Notes under the pieces: model-generated
Database searches by the model: none
What the model saw: only the letters and a program-made list of their open reading frames with translations
What the model was told of the DNA's origin: nothing
Program-made: the position numbers and the translations under genes
Shown here: one piece after another, positions 1 to 8,582 of the stretch
Layout: each line of letters opens with the position of its first letter
How positions within the stretch are numbered: the first letter of the stretch is position 1
Sequence record: PV426651.1
From: Pseudomonas phage vB_Pa-PAC9
DNA length: 32,000 nucleotides
Strand: one strand, 5' to 3'

Positions 1-573
1 CTGGCCGGTCACGCCCGAGTAACGCTGGTCACCCTGGGCATCGACCACGAACACCTTGAATTCACCGTCCTGCTCGACAACCTTGACCTGGTTCTTGATG
101 AACGGCAGCAGGAGTTCCGGGACGCCCTTCAGCTCCGCGACGGCGGCAGTGGCGGCGTTCTCGACCAGGAGCCCATACAGCTGGTTCTGGAGGGCTTCGG
201 CGCGGGCTCCGGCCTTCTTCAGGTCCTTCGCGTGCGCATCGGCCAGCTCCTGGCGAACCTTGTCCAGGTTCAGCTTGGCTTCGCCACCCTTGGCCAGTTC
301 GTTCTGGAGTTCGGTCAGCTTCGTGGTGATGTTGGCCTTGATTTCCTCCGGCGTCGCACCGAAGTCAGCCAGCGGGGTCAGGTCCACGGAGGTCTTGGCC
401 TTCGCCTCCGCACGAGCAGCCTTGAGGGAGCGGTTCAGGCCGGTCACGGCCTCCACGATCCCCTTGTGAGCTTCGTCCGGGACGTACTTGCCATCATCGC
501 CCTGCTTGTAGATTCCCCGGAACTGTTCCGGGACCTTGTCGATGGAATCGACCGGAGTGAATTCAAAGTCCAT
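1..573 (-). CDS. Phage scaffolding-like / minor structural protein (partial, runs off the left edge)
   Basis: Minus-strand frame from ATG at 573: MDFKFTPVDSIDKVPEQFRGIYKQGDDGKYVPDEAHKGIVEAVTGLNRSLKAARAEAK...LLVENAATAAVAELKGVPELLLPFIKNQVKV. Charged, coiled N-terminus plus 'AATAAVAELKG' pattern typical of phage scaffolds; located just downstream of portal/MuF. Confidence 0.65.
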   Translation of the reverse strand, partial: MDFEFTPVDSIDKVPEQFRGIYKQGDDGKYVPDEAHKGIVEAVTGLNRSLKAARAEAKAKTSVDLTPLADFGATPEEIKANITTKLTELQNELAKGGEAKLNLDKVRQELADAHAKDLKKAGARAEALQNQLYGLLVENAATAAVAELKGVPELLLPFIKNQVKVVEQDGEFKVFVVDAQGDQRYSGVTGQ

Positions 574-641
574 AATTGTATCCTCATTGTCGGCGGATCA
601 CCCGCCAGTGTTGTGCCTCACGCACGGTTCATATTGTAGCC

Positions 642-1850
642 TCAGAACTTTTCAGGGTCAAGGCCAGCCTTGCGGAAGGCGTCCGGCTTGCGCTCCGCGA
701 GTTGGGACAGGGTCAGCTCGTTGCCGGCCCGATCCACGAATTGATCCACATTCAGCCCGCCCTCCCGGAACAGCTTGGCCTTGGTCTTGCCCAGGACCTC
801 ATCCTGGAAGCCCGCGGGCTGACGCTTCAAGAAGTCCTGATATGTGGTCGCCGCCGGAACCCGGCCCACGTTCTCCGCGGCCCAAGCCTTCCTGATGTCC
901 TGGATCGGCTTGCCCTGCTCCTTCGCCATCCGGCGGAAGTCGATTTCACGCTTGGCGCGGGTCCGGGTGTCCGTCACGGTCGGGCGATTGCCCAGAAGGC
1001 CCACGCCGTCGATGTAGGCGACCATCACCGACCGGCAGTTGAAGTGGGCCGGGGGCTTCGCGTCCTTGGGCTGGAGCAGGGGGATGTCCGCGGGCAGCTC
1101 ATTGTCGCCCACGGGGCTCCCGTGGCCGTCCCGGGCGCGGCATACAGCCGTGGTCCGACCGTCCAGCGTGCTCACCCAGACCTTCGCCGTGATGATGTCG
1201 CTGTTGGCGTCCCAGACGTAGCCCCGCGCGGTGTTGGACACGTGGTTCACCGCGGTGCGGACGATCCCCTGGGCGTCCCGCCGGGTCATCGACAGGATGC
1301 CGTCCGCATAGGCGTTCTTGCGCGTCCCGACCACCCGCCGCACGATGTCGTCAATGGGCTCCCCGTTCGTCATCCCGAGCTGAAGGGCCGTGGTCAGCCG
1401 CTGCTGGTCCACCGCCTCCAGGGTGCTGAACCAGTCCCGGAGGAACCGGCCCTGGAACGGGCGGGAGGTGGCGATGGCCCGGAGCTGGTCCGCGTTCACC
1501 GCCATGAAGCCCACCTCAATCGTGATGGAGGACTGCAGCAGGTCGATTTCGGCCTGGCCTTCGAGGACGGCGAGCTGCCCGAGTTCGTCCCGCACCAGGG
1601 TCTTGTACTCCGCGAGGGCCGCGGCCCGGGCTCCGCGGATGTCCGTGAGCAGAGCCTTCCAGCGTTCGCCGGTGAAGTCCAGGTCACGGCCCTCGAAGCG
1701 GGCGAGCCGGGTGCGCAGGCGTTCGGTCAGGTCGCGGTCCGCCTCCTCCAGGAGACGGGCGACCCGCTTGGTGACGCCCGCGGTGTAGCGGCGCAGGTCG
1801 ATTTGGTGACGCAGCGCGGCGTCCCGGTACTCCTCATTGAATGTGGGCAT
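642..1850 (-). CDS. Head morphogenesis protein, SPP1 gp7 / MuF-like
   Basis: 402 aa ORF with 'VNHVSNTARGYVWDAN...VWVSTLDGRTTAVCRARDG...PPAHFNCRSVMVAY', the C-terminal signature of phage_Mu_F / SPP1 gp7 proteins; follows portal. Confidence 0.88.
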   Translation of the reverse strand: MPTFNEEYRDAALRHQIDLRRYTAGVTKRVARLLEEADRDLTERLRTRLARFEGRDLDFTGERWKALLTDIRGARAAALAEYKTLVRDELGQLAVLEGQAEIDLLQSSITIEVGFMAVNADQLRAIATSRPFQGRFLRDWFSTLEAVDQQRLTTALQLGMTNGEPIDDIVRRVVGTRKNAYADGILSMTRRDAQGIVRTAVNHVSNTARGYVWDANSDIITAKVWVSTLDGRTTAVCRARDGHGSPVGDNELPADIPLLQPKDAKPPAHFNCRSVMVAYIDGVGLLGNRPTVTDTRTRAKREIDFRRMAKEQGKPIQDIRKAWAAENVGRVPAATTYQDFLKRQPAGFQDEVLGKTKAKLFREGGLNVDQFVDRAGNELTLSQLAERKPDAFRKAGLDPEKF

Positions 1851-1965
1851 CCCGCTTCTCCATTTCTTTGGGTCCGTTCATGCCGAAGTGGATACACGCC
1901 CCAATCAACGGGGCGAGGACGATGCTCAGGAGGAGCCAAAGCCCCAAGAAGTGCCAGACGTTCAT
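1834..1965 (-). CDS. Tiny single-pass membrane protein (43 aa)
   Basis: MNVWHFLGLWLLLSIVLAPLIGACIHFGMNGPKEMEKRDAHIQ*; ATG overlaps the portal stop (ATGA), stop overlaps the MuF start. Confidence 0.5.
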   Translation of the reverse strand: MNVWHFLGLWLLLSIVLAPLIGACIHFGMNGPKEMEKRDAHIQ

Positions 1966-3494
1966 GACTCACCTCCAGGATTTCCACCGCCTTCTCCACC
2001 TTCGCCGCCCTCGCCTTCGCCTTCGCCCTCACCCTCCCCACCTTCGGGCGGGTTCTTCTGGGCCGGGTCCAGGTCCAAGCCAGCGCGGCCCATCGCCTCG
2101 CTGATTTCCTCCATCAGCTCCTCCCAGTCCTCATCCTCATCGAAGTCCTCCGGGAGGACCCCGCGCAGGCGGAGGCCGTTCAGGTAGGTCTTGCGGCTGA
2201 TGTCGCGCTTCTCGCGTGCGACTTGGAGGGCCTGAAGGCCCGGGGCGTCCATTTCCTCCAGGTCATAGTCCTTCACCAGCTCCACGGTGCCGCCGTTCGG
2301 CCCAAGGCGCATCCAGTCCGCGGTGATGTCCAGGGCCTGGGCCAGGGCGTCCTCGAACAGCCCAGTCATCGCGCTCAGGTCGCTGGTCGCCTCCGCGCTA
2401 TCCAGCGCCCGGGCGGTCGCCGTCTGCCCGCCGGTCTTGCGCTTCAGGAACTCCGCGCCATAGCCCGCCATCTGCTCCTCAAGGTCCTTGAGGTCCGTGC
2501 GGCCCGCGGCGATGGCTTGGCCGGTGTGCTCCACGTAGTAGAACCGGCCCGCCGGGTCCGGGTTGTACAGCACCTTGTTCGGCCCGACCACCACCGGGTC
2601 CGAGTCCTCCCCGGACGCCCCCGAGCAGGCGAGGATCGGGAAGCGGGAGACGGTGAGGATGTGGCGTTGGTCGGAGGCGGACTGCCAGTGCGCCACGTTG
2701 AGGTGAGCCAGGTCCAGGAGCGGGGGCTTGCCCATCATGAAGCCTTGGCGGTCCGCGTAGAAGGTGACCAGCGGGACGTAGTTCAGCCCCGTCGCCCACT
2801 CATCCACCAGCACCCACTCCTCCTTCTGGGCGTTGGACTTCTTCACCGGCTCCCAGAGCTGGACAAGGCCCGGCTCCAGGACGCGGATGCGGCGCTTGCA
2901 GACCTCCGCGAAGCCGTCCTGCTCCATGTAGTGTTCGATGATGCGGACGTGCTGGAGGACTTCGACCCCGTTGATCACCTCCGACCGGGCGAACAGCAGG
3001 CACTCCGGCTTGATCATCACCCAGTACGGGCGCAGGCCCTCCCGGCGGTCATCCGCCAGGGTCCGGGGTTGGCCGTCCTCCCGCGGGGCCGGGCGGGGCA
3101 TGTCGATGAGGACGTGGCAGAGGGCCTTGGCCATGCCTTCGCGGAACCACTGACGGGCGAACACGTCCAGGTTGTTCCCCTGGAGGTCCACGTCAGTCAG
3201 GATCGTCTCCTCAATCGCCTTGGGCACGTCCTCGTTGAGCTTGATCGGCTCGCTGAAGGGCTTGCCGCTCAGGGTGTCCAGCGTCTGTTCGACCATGTTG
3301 AGGAGGACGGCGGAGGCCAGGCGCTCCTGATAGCCCTTGTCCGTCTCCTCCTGGTGGCGGGGCAGGTACGTCTCGCCCGCCTCGCGCATTGCTTCGGTCC
3401 CGCCCAGCAGCGTCTCGATGACGTGCCAGCGCGGGAGCATCTGGTCATACGCCCCGCTGGTCGTGGCGGGGCTCTTTGGGTCTTTGTCGGCCAT
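1962..3494 (-). CDS. Portal protein (DUF4055-like)
   Basis: ~510 aa from MADKDPKSPATTSGAYDQMLPRWHVIETLLGG...; located between TerL and MuF; 'YLPRHQEETDKGYQERL', 'LSGKPFSEPI' features of DUF4055 portals; Gly/Glu-rich C-terminal tail. Confidence 0.82.
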   Translation of the reverse strand: MADKDPKSPATTSGAYDQMLPRWHVIETLLGGTEAMREAGETYLPRHQEETDKGYQERLASAVLLNMVEQTLDTLSGKPFSEPIKLNEDVPKAIEETILTDVDLQGNNLDVFARQWFREGMAKALCHVLIDMPRPAPREDGQPRTLADDRREGLRPYWVMIKPECLLFARSEVINGVEVLQHVRIIEHYMEQDGFAEVCKRRIRVLEPGLVQLWEPVKKSNAQKEEWVLVDEWATGLNYVPLVTFYADRQGFMMGKPPLLDLAHLNVAHWQSASDQRHILTVSRFPILACSGASGEDSDPVVVGPNKVLYNPDPAGRFYYVEHTGQAIAAGRTDLKDLEEQMAGYGAEFLKRKTGGQTATARALDSAEATSDLSAMTGLFEDALAQALDITADWMRLGPNGGTVELVKDYDLEEMDAPGLQALQVAREKRDISRKTYLNGLRLRGVLPEDFDEDEDWEELMEEISEAMGRAGLDLDPAQKNPPEGGEGEGEGEGEGGEGGEGGGNPGGES

Positions 3495-3551
3495 GGTCGG
3501 TTCTCCTGGTTCGCGGATTCTCGCCCGAAGGCGAGGACCCGGCAAGTTGTA

Positions 3552-5099
3552 TTACATGTTGCCCTGCTTGACGCCACGCAGCTTCTTGCGCACGCGGTAG
3601 CGGATCGCGTCACCAATGTGGTCCTCCGCCTCCGTGTTCACGTCATCCAGGTCCTTGTCGTCGCGGGGCAGCACAGGGACCGTCTCGATGGTCTGCTGAC
3701 ACCAGTCGAAGATGAACAGCCCAGGGACCTCGCGCGGTCCCCCGCCCGCCGGAGGCAACGCCCCCTTGAGCAGCTTGCGGATTTGCTCCCAGCCCTGCTT
3801 GCGCGAGCCTGGGCCCTTGTCCGCGGGCGTCCAGCGCACACCCTTCTTCTCCATGTCCACGGCGATGCTGTTGCCGTTCTCCACGTCGAAGATGGAGGAG
3901 TCAGCGGGGCCGGGCTTGACCCGACCTTCCAGCGCCCAGTCCTCCTCCCGGTCCTTCACCCCTTGGGCGACCTCCGAGGCGAGCATGCGGACGCCCTCGT
4001 TGCGCGTTCCGTTCCAGCCGTACCACTCCTGGATCAGGTACAGATCGCCCCGCACCTTCCCGTACACGCGGCCATTCCACTCGAACGGCTCCCCATTCGA
4101 CTCCGCCCACCACAGGACGGCGAAGGGCTTGGAGCTGCCCCAGTCGAAGCTGCGGTCAATCTTCCACCGCTTCGGGATCACAGACAGTGGGACGGAGGGC
4201 ACCACGTGTACGTCCCCGCGGTAGATGTCGTCAAACATCCCTCCCGCGATGATGTCCCAGGAGCCGTGGAGCCAGGCGGCGAGTTCGGAGGGGTTCCGGG
4301 CCGCGGCTCGAATCTTGCTGATGTACTCCGGGTCAGCGTGGAGCAGGATTTGGTTCTCATAGATGGACCCGTGGATGGCGACCCGGGGCGGTTCGCGCTC
4401 GCCGTCTCGCATCGCGTCCAAGATCACCCGACCGCGCATGTGGGGGAGGCGGAAGCGGGCCTTGACCCAGTTGTGGCCGGGGCCGTAGGGGTTGGTGGTC
4501 GCCCGGTAGCAGCGGGGCATCCCCGGCTTCGTGGAGCGGCAGCAGGACATCATGACGGTGTAGCACTTGTCATCGGCCCAGTTGCAGAGTTCTTCCCAGC
4601 CAATCCACGGGTATGCGTGGCCGTGGTAGTTCCAATAATCCTCCGGCGACTTCATGTGACGCAGCAGCAGCTCCTCGCCGTCCGGGAAGGTCCACTTGTG
4701 CTCCACCTTGTTGTACTTGGCCCCCGGGAAGATGCGCTTGAACCACTTGTTGGTCTTGTTGATCACGTCCGACAGCTGGGGGTAGGTCTGACGGAACAAG
4801 ATGCCGCGCCACTCCGACCCGTAGCCCTTCCCCACGTGCTGGAGGAAGTCCATCAGCAGGCAGTCGGTCTTGCCCGGGCCGCGCGTCCCCTCATACAGCA
4901 CCTCGAAGATCGGGTGCGCCATGAGGAAGGCGAGCTGCGACCCGTACTGCGGGCACCAGGTCGCCTCCGACTCCTTCCCCGTCTCCGGGTCCACGTAGTA
5001 GCCCCGCAGCTCGCCGGGCTCCGCCTCGCGCCACTCAATCGGGTAGTCCGGGCGGGCGGCGATGGCGACCGCCTTGCTCACTTCGGTCTGGGCGAACAT
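3552..5099 (-). CDS. terL: Terminase large subunit
   Basis: Walker A-like 'YEGTRGPGKTDCLLMDF', Walker B-like 'YPWIGWEEL', C-terminal nuclease-type 'RSFDWGSSKPFAVLWW'; start ATG overlaps TerS stop (ATGA). Confidence 0.92.
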   Translation of the reverse strand: MFAQTEVSKAVAIAARPDYPIEWREAEPGELRGYYVDPETGKESEATWCPQYGSQLAFLMAHPIFEVLYEGTRGPGKTDCLLMDFLQHVGKGYGSEWRGILFRQTYPQLSDVINKTNKWFKRIFPGAKYNKVEHKWTFPDGEELLLRHMKSPEDYWNYHGHAYPWIGWEELCNWADDKCYTVMMSCCRSTKPGMPRCYRATTNPYGPGHNWVKARFRLPHMRGRVILDAMRDGEREPPRVAIHGSIYENQILLHADPEYISKIRAAARNPSELAAWLHGSWDIIAGGMFDDIYRGDVHVVPSVPLSVIPKRWKIDRSFDWGSSKPFAVLWWAESNGEPFEWNGRVYGKVRGDLYLIQEWYGWNGTRNEGVRMLASEVAQGVKDREEDWALEGRVKPGPADSSIFDVENGNSIAVDMEKKGVRWTPADKGPGSRKQGWEQIRKLLKGALPPAGGGPREVPGLFIFDWCQQTIETVPVLPRDDKDLDDVNTEAEDHIGDAIRYRVRKKLRGVKQGNM

Positions 5100-5629
5100 C
5101 AGCTGCCCTCCCCGGTCGGACGGCCCACGGTCCCGCGGGCGAGGTCCCCAAACTGGTTCTGCCACTCGTTGATCGTGGCCGGAGCCCCCGGGACGATCAG
5201 CACGCCCCCGCCCGATCCGCTCTGGCTCATGCCCGATCCGTCCTTGTCCTTGAACTCCGGCTTGTGGGCGCGGAGCATCGCCAGCATCATCGAATCGCTG
5301 TACACCTTCTCATATGTGATGATCTCATCCTTGAACTTCCCGCCGATGATCGGGCGCTCCACGCCGTCCCGCGCCCGCTTCAGGGCCGGGGCAAACATGT
5401 TCTCGTCAATGAAGGCTTGCAGCGCGTCCTCGAAGGCTTCGGCAAACTCCGGGTCACGCTTCAGATGATCATACAAAGTGGTGATGGAGACGCCCACCGC
5501 CTCCGCGCAAAGGGCGCGGCACCCCTTCAACTCCGGGTGCGACCGGAACAGGTCCAGGAACTGCTGCTTGCGGTCCGAGGTGAAGGGCACCATCGGCTTC
5601 CGCTGAAGTTTCTCAATCGGGCGCATCAC
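5099..5629 (-). CDS. Terminase small subunit (HTH)
   Basis: 'ALCAEAVGVSITTLYDHLKRDPEFAEAFEDAL' is a typical TerS helix-turn-helix; immediately upstream of terL. Confidence 0.8.
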   Translation of the reverse strand: MMRPIEKLQRKPMVPFTSDRKQQFLDLFRSHPELKGCRALCAEAVGVSITTLYDHLKRDPEFAEAFEDALQAFIDENMFAPALKRARDGVERPIIGGKFKDEIITYEKVYSDSMMLAMLRAHKPEFKDKDGSGMSQSGSGGGVLIVPGAPATINEWQNQFGDLARGTVGRPTGEGS

Positions 5630-5714
5630 GCTCCCCTCTCAGTGTACTGTTGGTCAATCGCGCATCACGCGGCGATCCGTCCCCGGCCTCACGCCCAAGG
5701 ACATCCTTGCCGCG

Positions 5715-5743
5715 AGTATAGCGTGAGGTTGTACATTAGCCAA
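5715..5743 (-). promoter_or_regulatory. Candidate sigma70-type promoter for the packaging/head (late) genes
   Basis: Minus strand: TTGGCT-17 nt-TATACT, 86 bp upstream of the TerS start. Confidence 0.6.
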
Positions 5744-5913
5744 GGGCGAGGGTCGCGCCCGCGGGAGTCGGTGAGCCCAGGTGTATGCTGGAGCGGATTG
5801 CCCAAGCAGGCACGCGGCGTCCTCCGCTTAGGTTCGAGGGGTCGCGCTTCACTTCCACGTCCGAAAAAGTAAAAAGTCAAGCGGGCAAAAAGGCCATATA
5901 AAACAGCCCTTTA

Positions 5914-5935
5914 TAGATAGATAGATAGATAGATA
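5914..5935. repeat. (TAGA)n tetranucleotide tandem repeat, 5 full copies
   Basis: tatagatagatagatagatagata read directly in otherwise GC-rich DNA. Confidence 0.9.
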
Positions 5936-5962
5936 CTTAACTTACTTAACTTACTTACCTTA
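5936..5962. repeat. 9-bp tandem repeat x3 (CTTAACTTA, CTTAACTTA, CTTACCTTA)
   Basis: Directly adjacent to the TAGA array; read directly. Confidence 0.85.
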
Positions 5963-6070
5963 GCCCCCTGGGAGCCCTTCGGACAGCCGGAAGCCTCAAC
6001 AAGGATTCTCTTGGGCCGGTCCGCCGGGTCGATTTGTCGGGCGAATTTATTTCAGGTAAGAATCCCAAGT

Positions 6071-6179
6071 AACCTAAGCGCAAGGTGCGGGAACCCCAGA
6101 CGGGCTTGACTTCCCGCCACGCCTTGCTTCATACTTTTTCGGAGCCGAACCCAAGCGCACTTTCGTAACCCAAGCGCAC
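6071..6179. repeat. Iteron-like direct repeats AAC(C/T)(C)AAGCGCA x3
   Basis: AACCTAAGCGCA at 6071-6082; AACCCAAGCGCAC at 6148-6160 and at 6167-6179 (19-bp period). Confidence 0.6.
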
Positions 6180-6293
6180 CCGGTCGAAGTGGAGAAGGAG
6201 GAGGGAGCCCCGCCGGTTTTCCCGCAGCCTTCGGCCTCCTGTAGTGAAGTCGGCACCATTGCCGCCCGGCGGGGCGTTGATCGTGAGGGCTGG

Positions 6294-6512
6294 TCAGGCC
6301 CGCTTCCCTCGTTGAAGGAACCAGTCCAGGGCGGCGCAGATCGCGGGGTTGTCCCACCACTCGTCAATCATGCGGCGTGCCGCCCGGTCGCGGAAGAAGG
6401 TTGGCCCGCAGTAGTTGTGCCACTCCATGAACACGCAGGAGCCGTCCGCGAGGCGGAGCCGGAAGAAGGGCGACAGGCAGACGATGCCGCCCGGGATGCG
6501 CACGCAGGTCAT
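6294..6512 (-). CDS. Hypothetical small protein (72 aa)
   Basis: MTCVRIPGGIVCLSPFFRLRLADGSCVFMEWHNYCGPTFFRDRAARRMIDEWWDNPAICAALDWFLQRGKRA; start overlaps the upstream stop (ATGA). Confidence 0.65.
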   Translation of the reverse strand: MTCVRIPGGIVCLSPFFRLRLADGSCVFMEWHNYCGPTFFRDRAARRMIDEWWDNPAICAALDWFLQRGKRA

Positions 6513-6763
6513 CGCCGGTCCTCCATGTAGTCGAACACGGCCTGGTCGATGCGTTCGCGCTCCGCCTCCGTCATCTTGCGCTCCAGCCAGGGGGCGGGGC
6601 GTCCGCGGCGGTCGCGGACTTCCCATTCACCGCATCCGCCTTCCGCCGGGTAGCAGTATTCAGGCGGGCCGCTGACCTTCGCGGGCACGTAGGGTTCCCA
6701 GTAGGTGACCACGATGAGGCAGGGGATGCCAGCCACGCGGTCCTCGAACTCAGCCAGGGACAT
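6509..6763 (-). CDS. Hypothetical protein
   Basis: 84 aa, translationally coupled ATGA overlap with downstream gene. Confidence 0.6.
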   Translation of the reverse strand: MSLAEFEDRVAGIPCLIVVTYWEPYVPAKVSGPPEYCYPAEGGCGEWEVRDRRGRPAPWLERKMTEAERERIDQAVFDYMEDRR

Positions 6764-6766
6764 AGT

Positions 6767-6955
6767 TCACCTCCCCGGGATCGCCGGGAGCCGGACCCAG
6801 TGATCAGTCCCGGCTTCGTTGTCGCAGAGTCGCCACAGCGTGCCGTCCTCGCACTCGACAACCACTTGGCGGACCAGGTAGCCGTCGCGGGTCGTGCCCA
6901 CGGAGGAGGTCATGGACCGCACGCGGCGGTCGGGCGGGGTGTTGGGCGTGTTCAT
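6767..6955 (-). CDS. Hypothetical protein
   Basis: 62 aa ORF in the compact leftward array; overlap with 6952 stop. Confidence 0.55.
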   Translation of the reverse strand: MNTPNTPPDRRVRSMTSSVGTTRDGYLVRQVVVECEDGTLWRLCDNEAGTDHWVRLPAIPGR

Positions 6956-7281
6956 GCGTCCTCCTCCGGCGGGTTCCCGCCTTCCGTCCCGTCGCAGAAG
7001 GTACAGCGGTCAGGACCCAGCGTGCTTTGTTGAAAGCCGGTCGCCTCGCAGGTCGGGCAGGTCCGGTTCTCCTCGAAGTCCTCCGCCGGGAAGGCGTGCC
7101 AGCCGTAGCCCAGGGCGTCCGCGGGCGGGCCTTCGGGCTTCTCCGCCGGGATCGGGTCGCCGCTCCGGGTCAGGCTCCAGTCATCGAACTGCGCCACGAC
7201 ATGATCGTGGGTCGCCTCGCGCAGCAGCGCGGTCTTGCCGATCAGGTGAGGGATCGGGCCGCGGTAGATTCCCCGCTTCAT
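6952..7281 (-). CDS. Hypothetical protein with zinc-ribbon-like CxxC pair
   Basis: 'RTCPTCEATGF...LGPDRCTFCDGTEGG' near the C-terminus. Confidence 0.6.
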   Translation of the reverse strand: MKRGIYRGPIPHLIGKTALLREATHDHVVAQFDDWSLTRSGDPIPAEKPEGPPADALGYGWHAFPAEDFEENRTCPTCEATGFQQSTLGPDRCTFCDGTEGGNPPEEDA

Positions 7282-7580
7282 GCTCGCTTCTCCTTCTTGG
7301 GTCTTGGTTTCGACTTCGGCACCACGCGGGCGGAGCCGTTCTTGTAGGTCGTCACGCGGCAGAGGTCCAACGTGGCGGCGGGCACGTACCGGCGCAGCAG
7401 GGCCGCGTCGAAGCGGGAGGAGTAGCCCCGCCCGGCGACGTACAGGGCCAAGCGGTCGCCTTCCGTCCGTCCCGGGGCGAACTGTTGGGCGATCTTCGCC
7501 CGGCGGTCCTTCAGCCGCTTCATCTGTTCGCCCAGGTCGATGAACTCCTGGATCAGGGCGTCAGCCTTTGCGGGGGTCAT
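7278..7580 (-). CDS. Hypothetical protein
   Basis: MTPAKADALIQEFIDLGEQMKRLKDRRAKIAQQFAPG...; N-terminal coiled region; overlaps its neighbours by 4 bp. Confidence 0.6.
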   Translation of the reverse strand: MTPAKADALIQEFIDLGEQMKRLKDRRAKIAQQFAPGRTEGDRLALYVAGRGYSSRFDAALLRRYVPAATLDLCRVTTYKNGSARVVPKSKPRPKKEKRA

Positions 7581-7972
7581 GCTCCGCCCTCCTTCGCCCA
7601 GGGGCAGTTCGGGGCCGTGTGGCCTTCCCCTCCGCACAGGGTGCAAGCCTTCAGGGCCGCGCGGACTTCGCCCGGGACCTCGTTGAGCAGTTGGATCGCG
7701 TTGGCGTCCAGGGCGCTCGCGCCCCAGTTGAACTTCGGCAGGGCCTCCTCGAACAGGCGAGCGGCCCGGGCGAGGGTCGCCTGGTTCGTGGTCGCGGCGT
7801 TCAGGGCGCGGGCGACCGCGTGGGCTTCCTCCTCGCTGAACGTCTCGCAGATCGCATCGAACAGACCTTGCGAAGCATACACGGGGTGGGGCTTGAGGGT
7901 GTCCACCACGGTGTAGTCGAAGCAGCAGTGGCCGGATTGGGACCCGACCAGGACCTTGTAGCGTCCGCTCAT
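7577..7972 (-). CDS. Hypothetical protein with C-terminal zinc-knuckle-like motif
   Basis: 'CTLCGGEGHTAPNCPW' (CX2CX4HX4C). Confidence 0.6.
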   Translation of the reverse strand: MSGRYKVLVGSQSGHCCFDYTVVDTLKPHPVYASQGLFDAICETFSEEEAHAVARALNAATTNQATLARAARLFEEALPKFNWGASALDANAIQLLNEVPGEVRAALKACTLCGGEGHTAPNCPWAKEGGA

Positions 7973-8181
7973 CCTTCACCTCCCGGGGCGTTGCTCAGGG
8001 CTTCGTCCAGCTCGCGGCGGTCGATGGTCACCCCGACCTCCTCCAGCATGTCCGCGGCGAGTTCGAGGAGGGACGCCCGGGCGCGGGCTTCCGATCCGCC
8101 CAGGGGGTCGTTCACGTGTTCCGCGCAGTCGCGGAGGTCGTTGAGGGTGTTCTCCCAACGGCAGTAGCTCATGTTGGCCAT
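7969..8181 (-). CDS. Hypothetical protein
   Basis: MANMSYCRWENTLNDLRDCAEHVNDPLGG...; plausible phage small-gene start with upstream GGAG. Confidence 0.6.
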   Translation of the reverse strand: MANMSYCRWENTLNDLRDCAEHVNDPLGGSEARARASLLELAADMLEEVGVTIDRRELDEALSNAPGGEG

Positions 8182-8195
8182 GGTCGGGTTCTCCT

Positions 8196-8525
8196 TCAGA
8201 GGATGATCTGCTTGACCATCGTCAGCAGGCGGTCGAAGTCGCGCGTGAAGTGGGTGATCTTCAGGCCGGACTTGTTCGGGTGGTAGCACAGGCCCTCCGG
8301 GGTCGCCATTTCAGCGTAGTGGATGGAGTGGACCTGGTTCCAGCTCAGGGTCGCCGGGTTCCAGACTTCCGCCCGGGCGAAGGACTGGAACTTGTAGCTG
8401 TCGGACTTGATCGTGAGGCGCACCTTGAAGTCGCCCAGGGACAGGACGCGGCGGGCGGTCACGTCCTGGCGACCCTGGTTGATGGTCTCCTCCAGGAGGT
8501 TGGTCTTGGGGGCGGTCTTGGTCAT
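8196..8525 (-). CDS. Hypothetical protein
   Basis: 109 aa, AAAGGAG ribosome-binding site upstream. Confidence 0.6.
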   Translation of the reverse strand: MTKTAPKTNLLEETINQGRQDVTARRVLSLGDFKVRLTIKSDSYKFQSFARAEVWNPATLSWNQVHSIHYAEMATPEGLCYHPNKSGLKITHFTRDFDRLLTMVKQIIL

Positions 8526-8582
8526 GGTTTTGCTCCTTTTCTGGGAAGTTCGGGGCGGATCGGCTCCGCCCCGAGGGGTTGG

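Noticed and set aside
2223-5468. Very long plus-strand ORF (1081 aa)
   Set aside because: It is antisense to the portal, terL and terS genes, which carry recognisable domains and coupled starts/stops; its translation is low-complexity V/L/R/G/H-rich, typical of GC3-driven shadow ORFs.
5630-5665. TTGACC on the minus strand as a second -35 before TerS
   Set aside because: No acceptable -10 at 16-18 nt; the TTGGCT-17-TATACT promoter upstream is far better.
5885-5915. Possible Rho-independent terminator AAAGGGCTGTTTTATATGGCCTTTTT (minus strand)
   Set aside because: The stem is only about 5 bp with a mismatch and a long AU-rich loop; could equally be part of the AT-rich island. Not strong enough to list as a feature.
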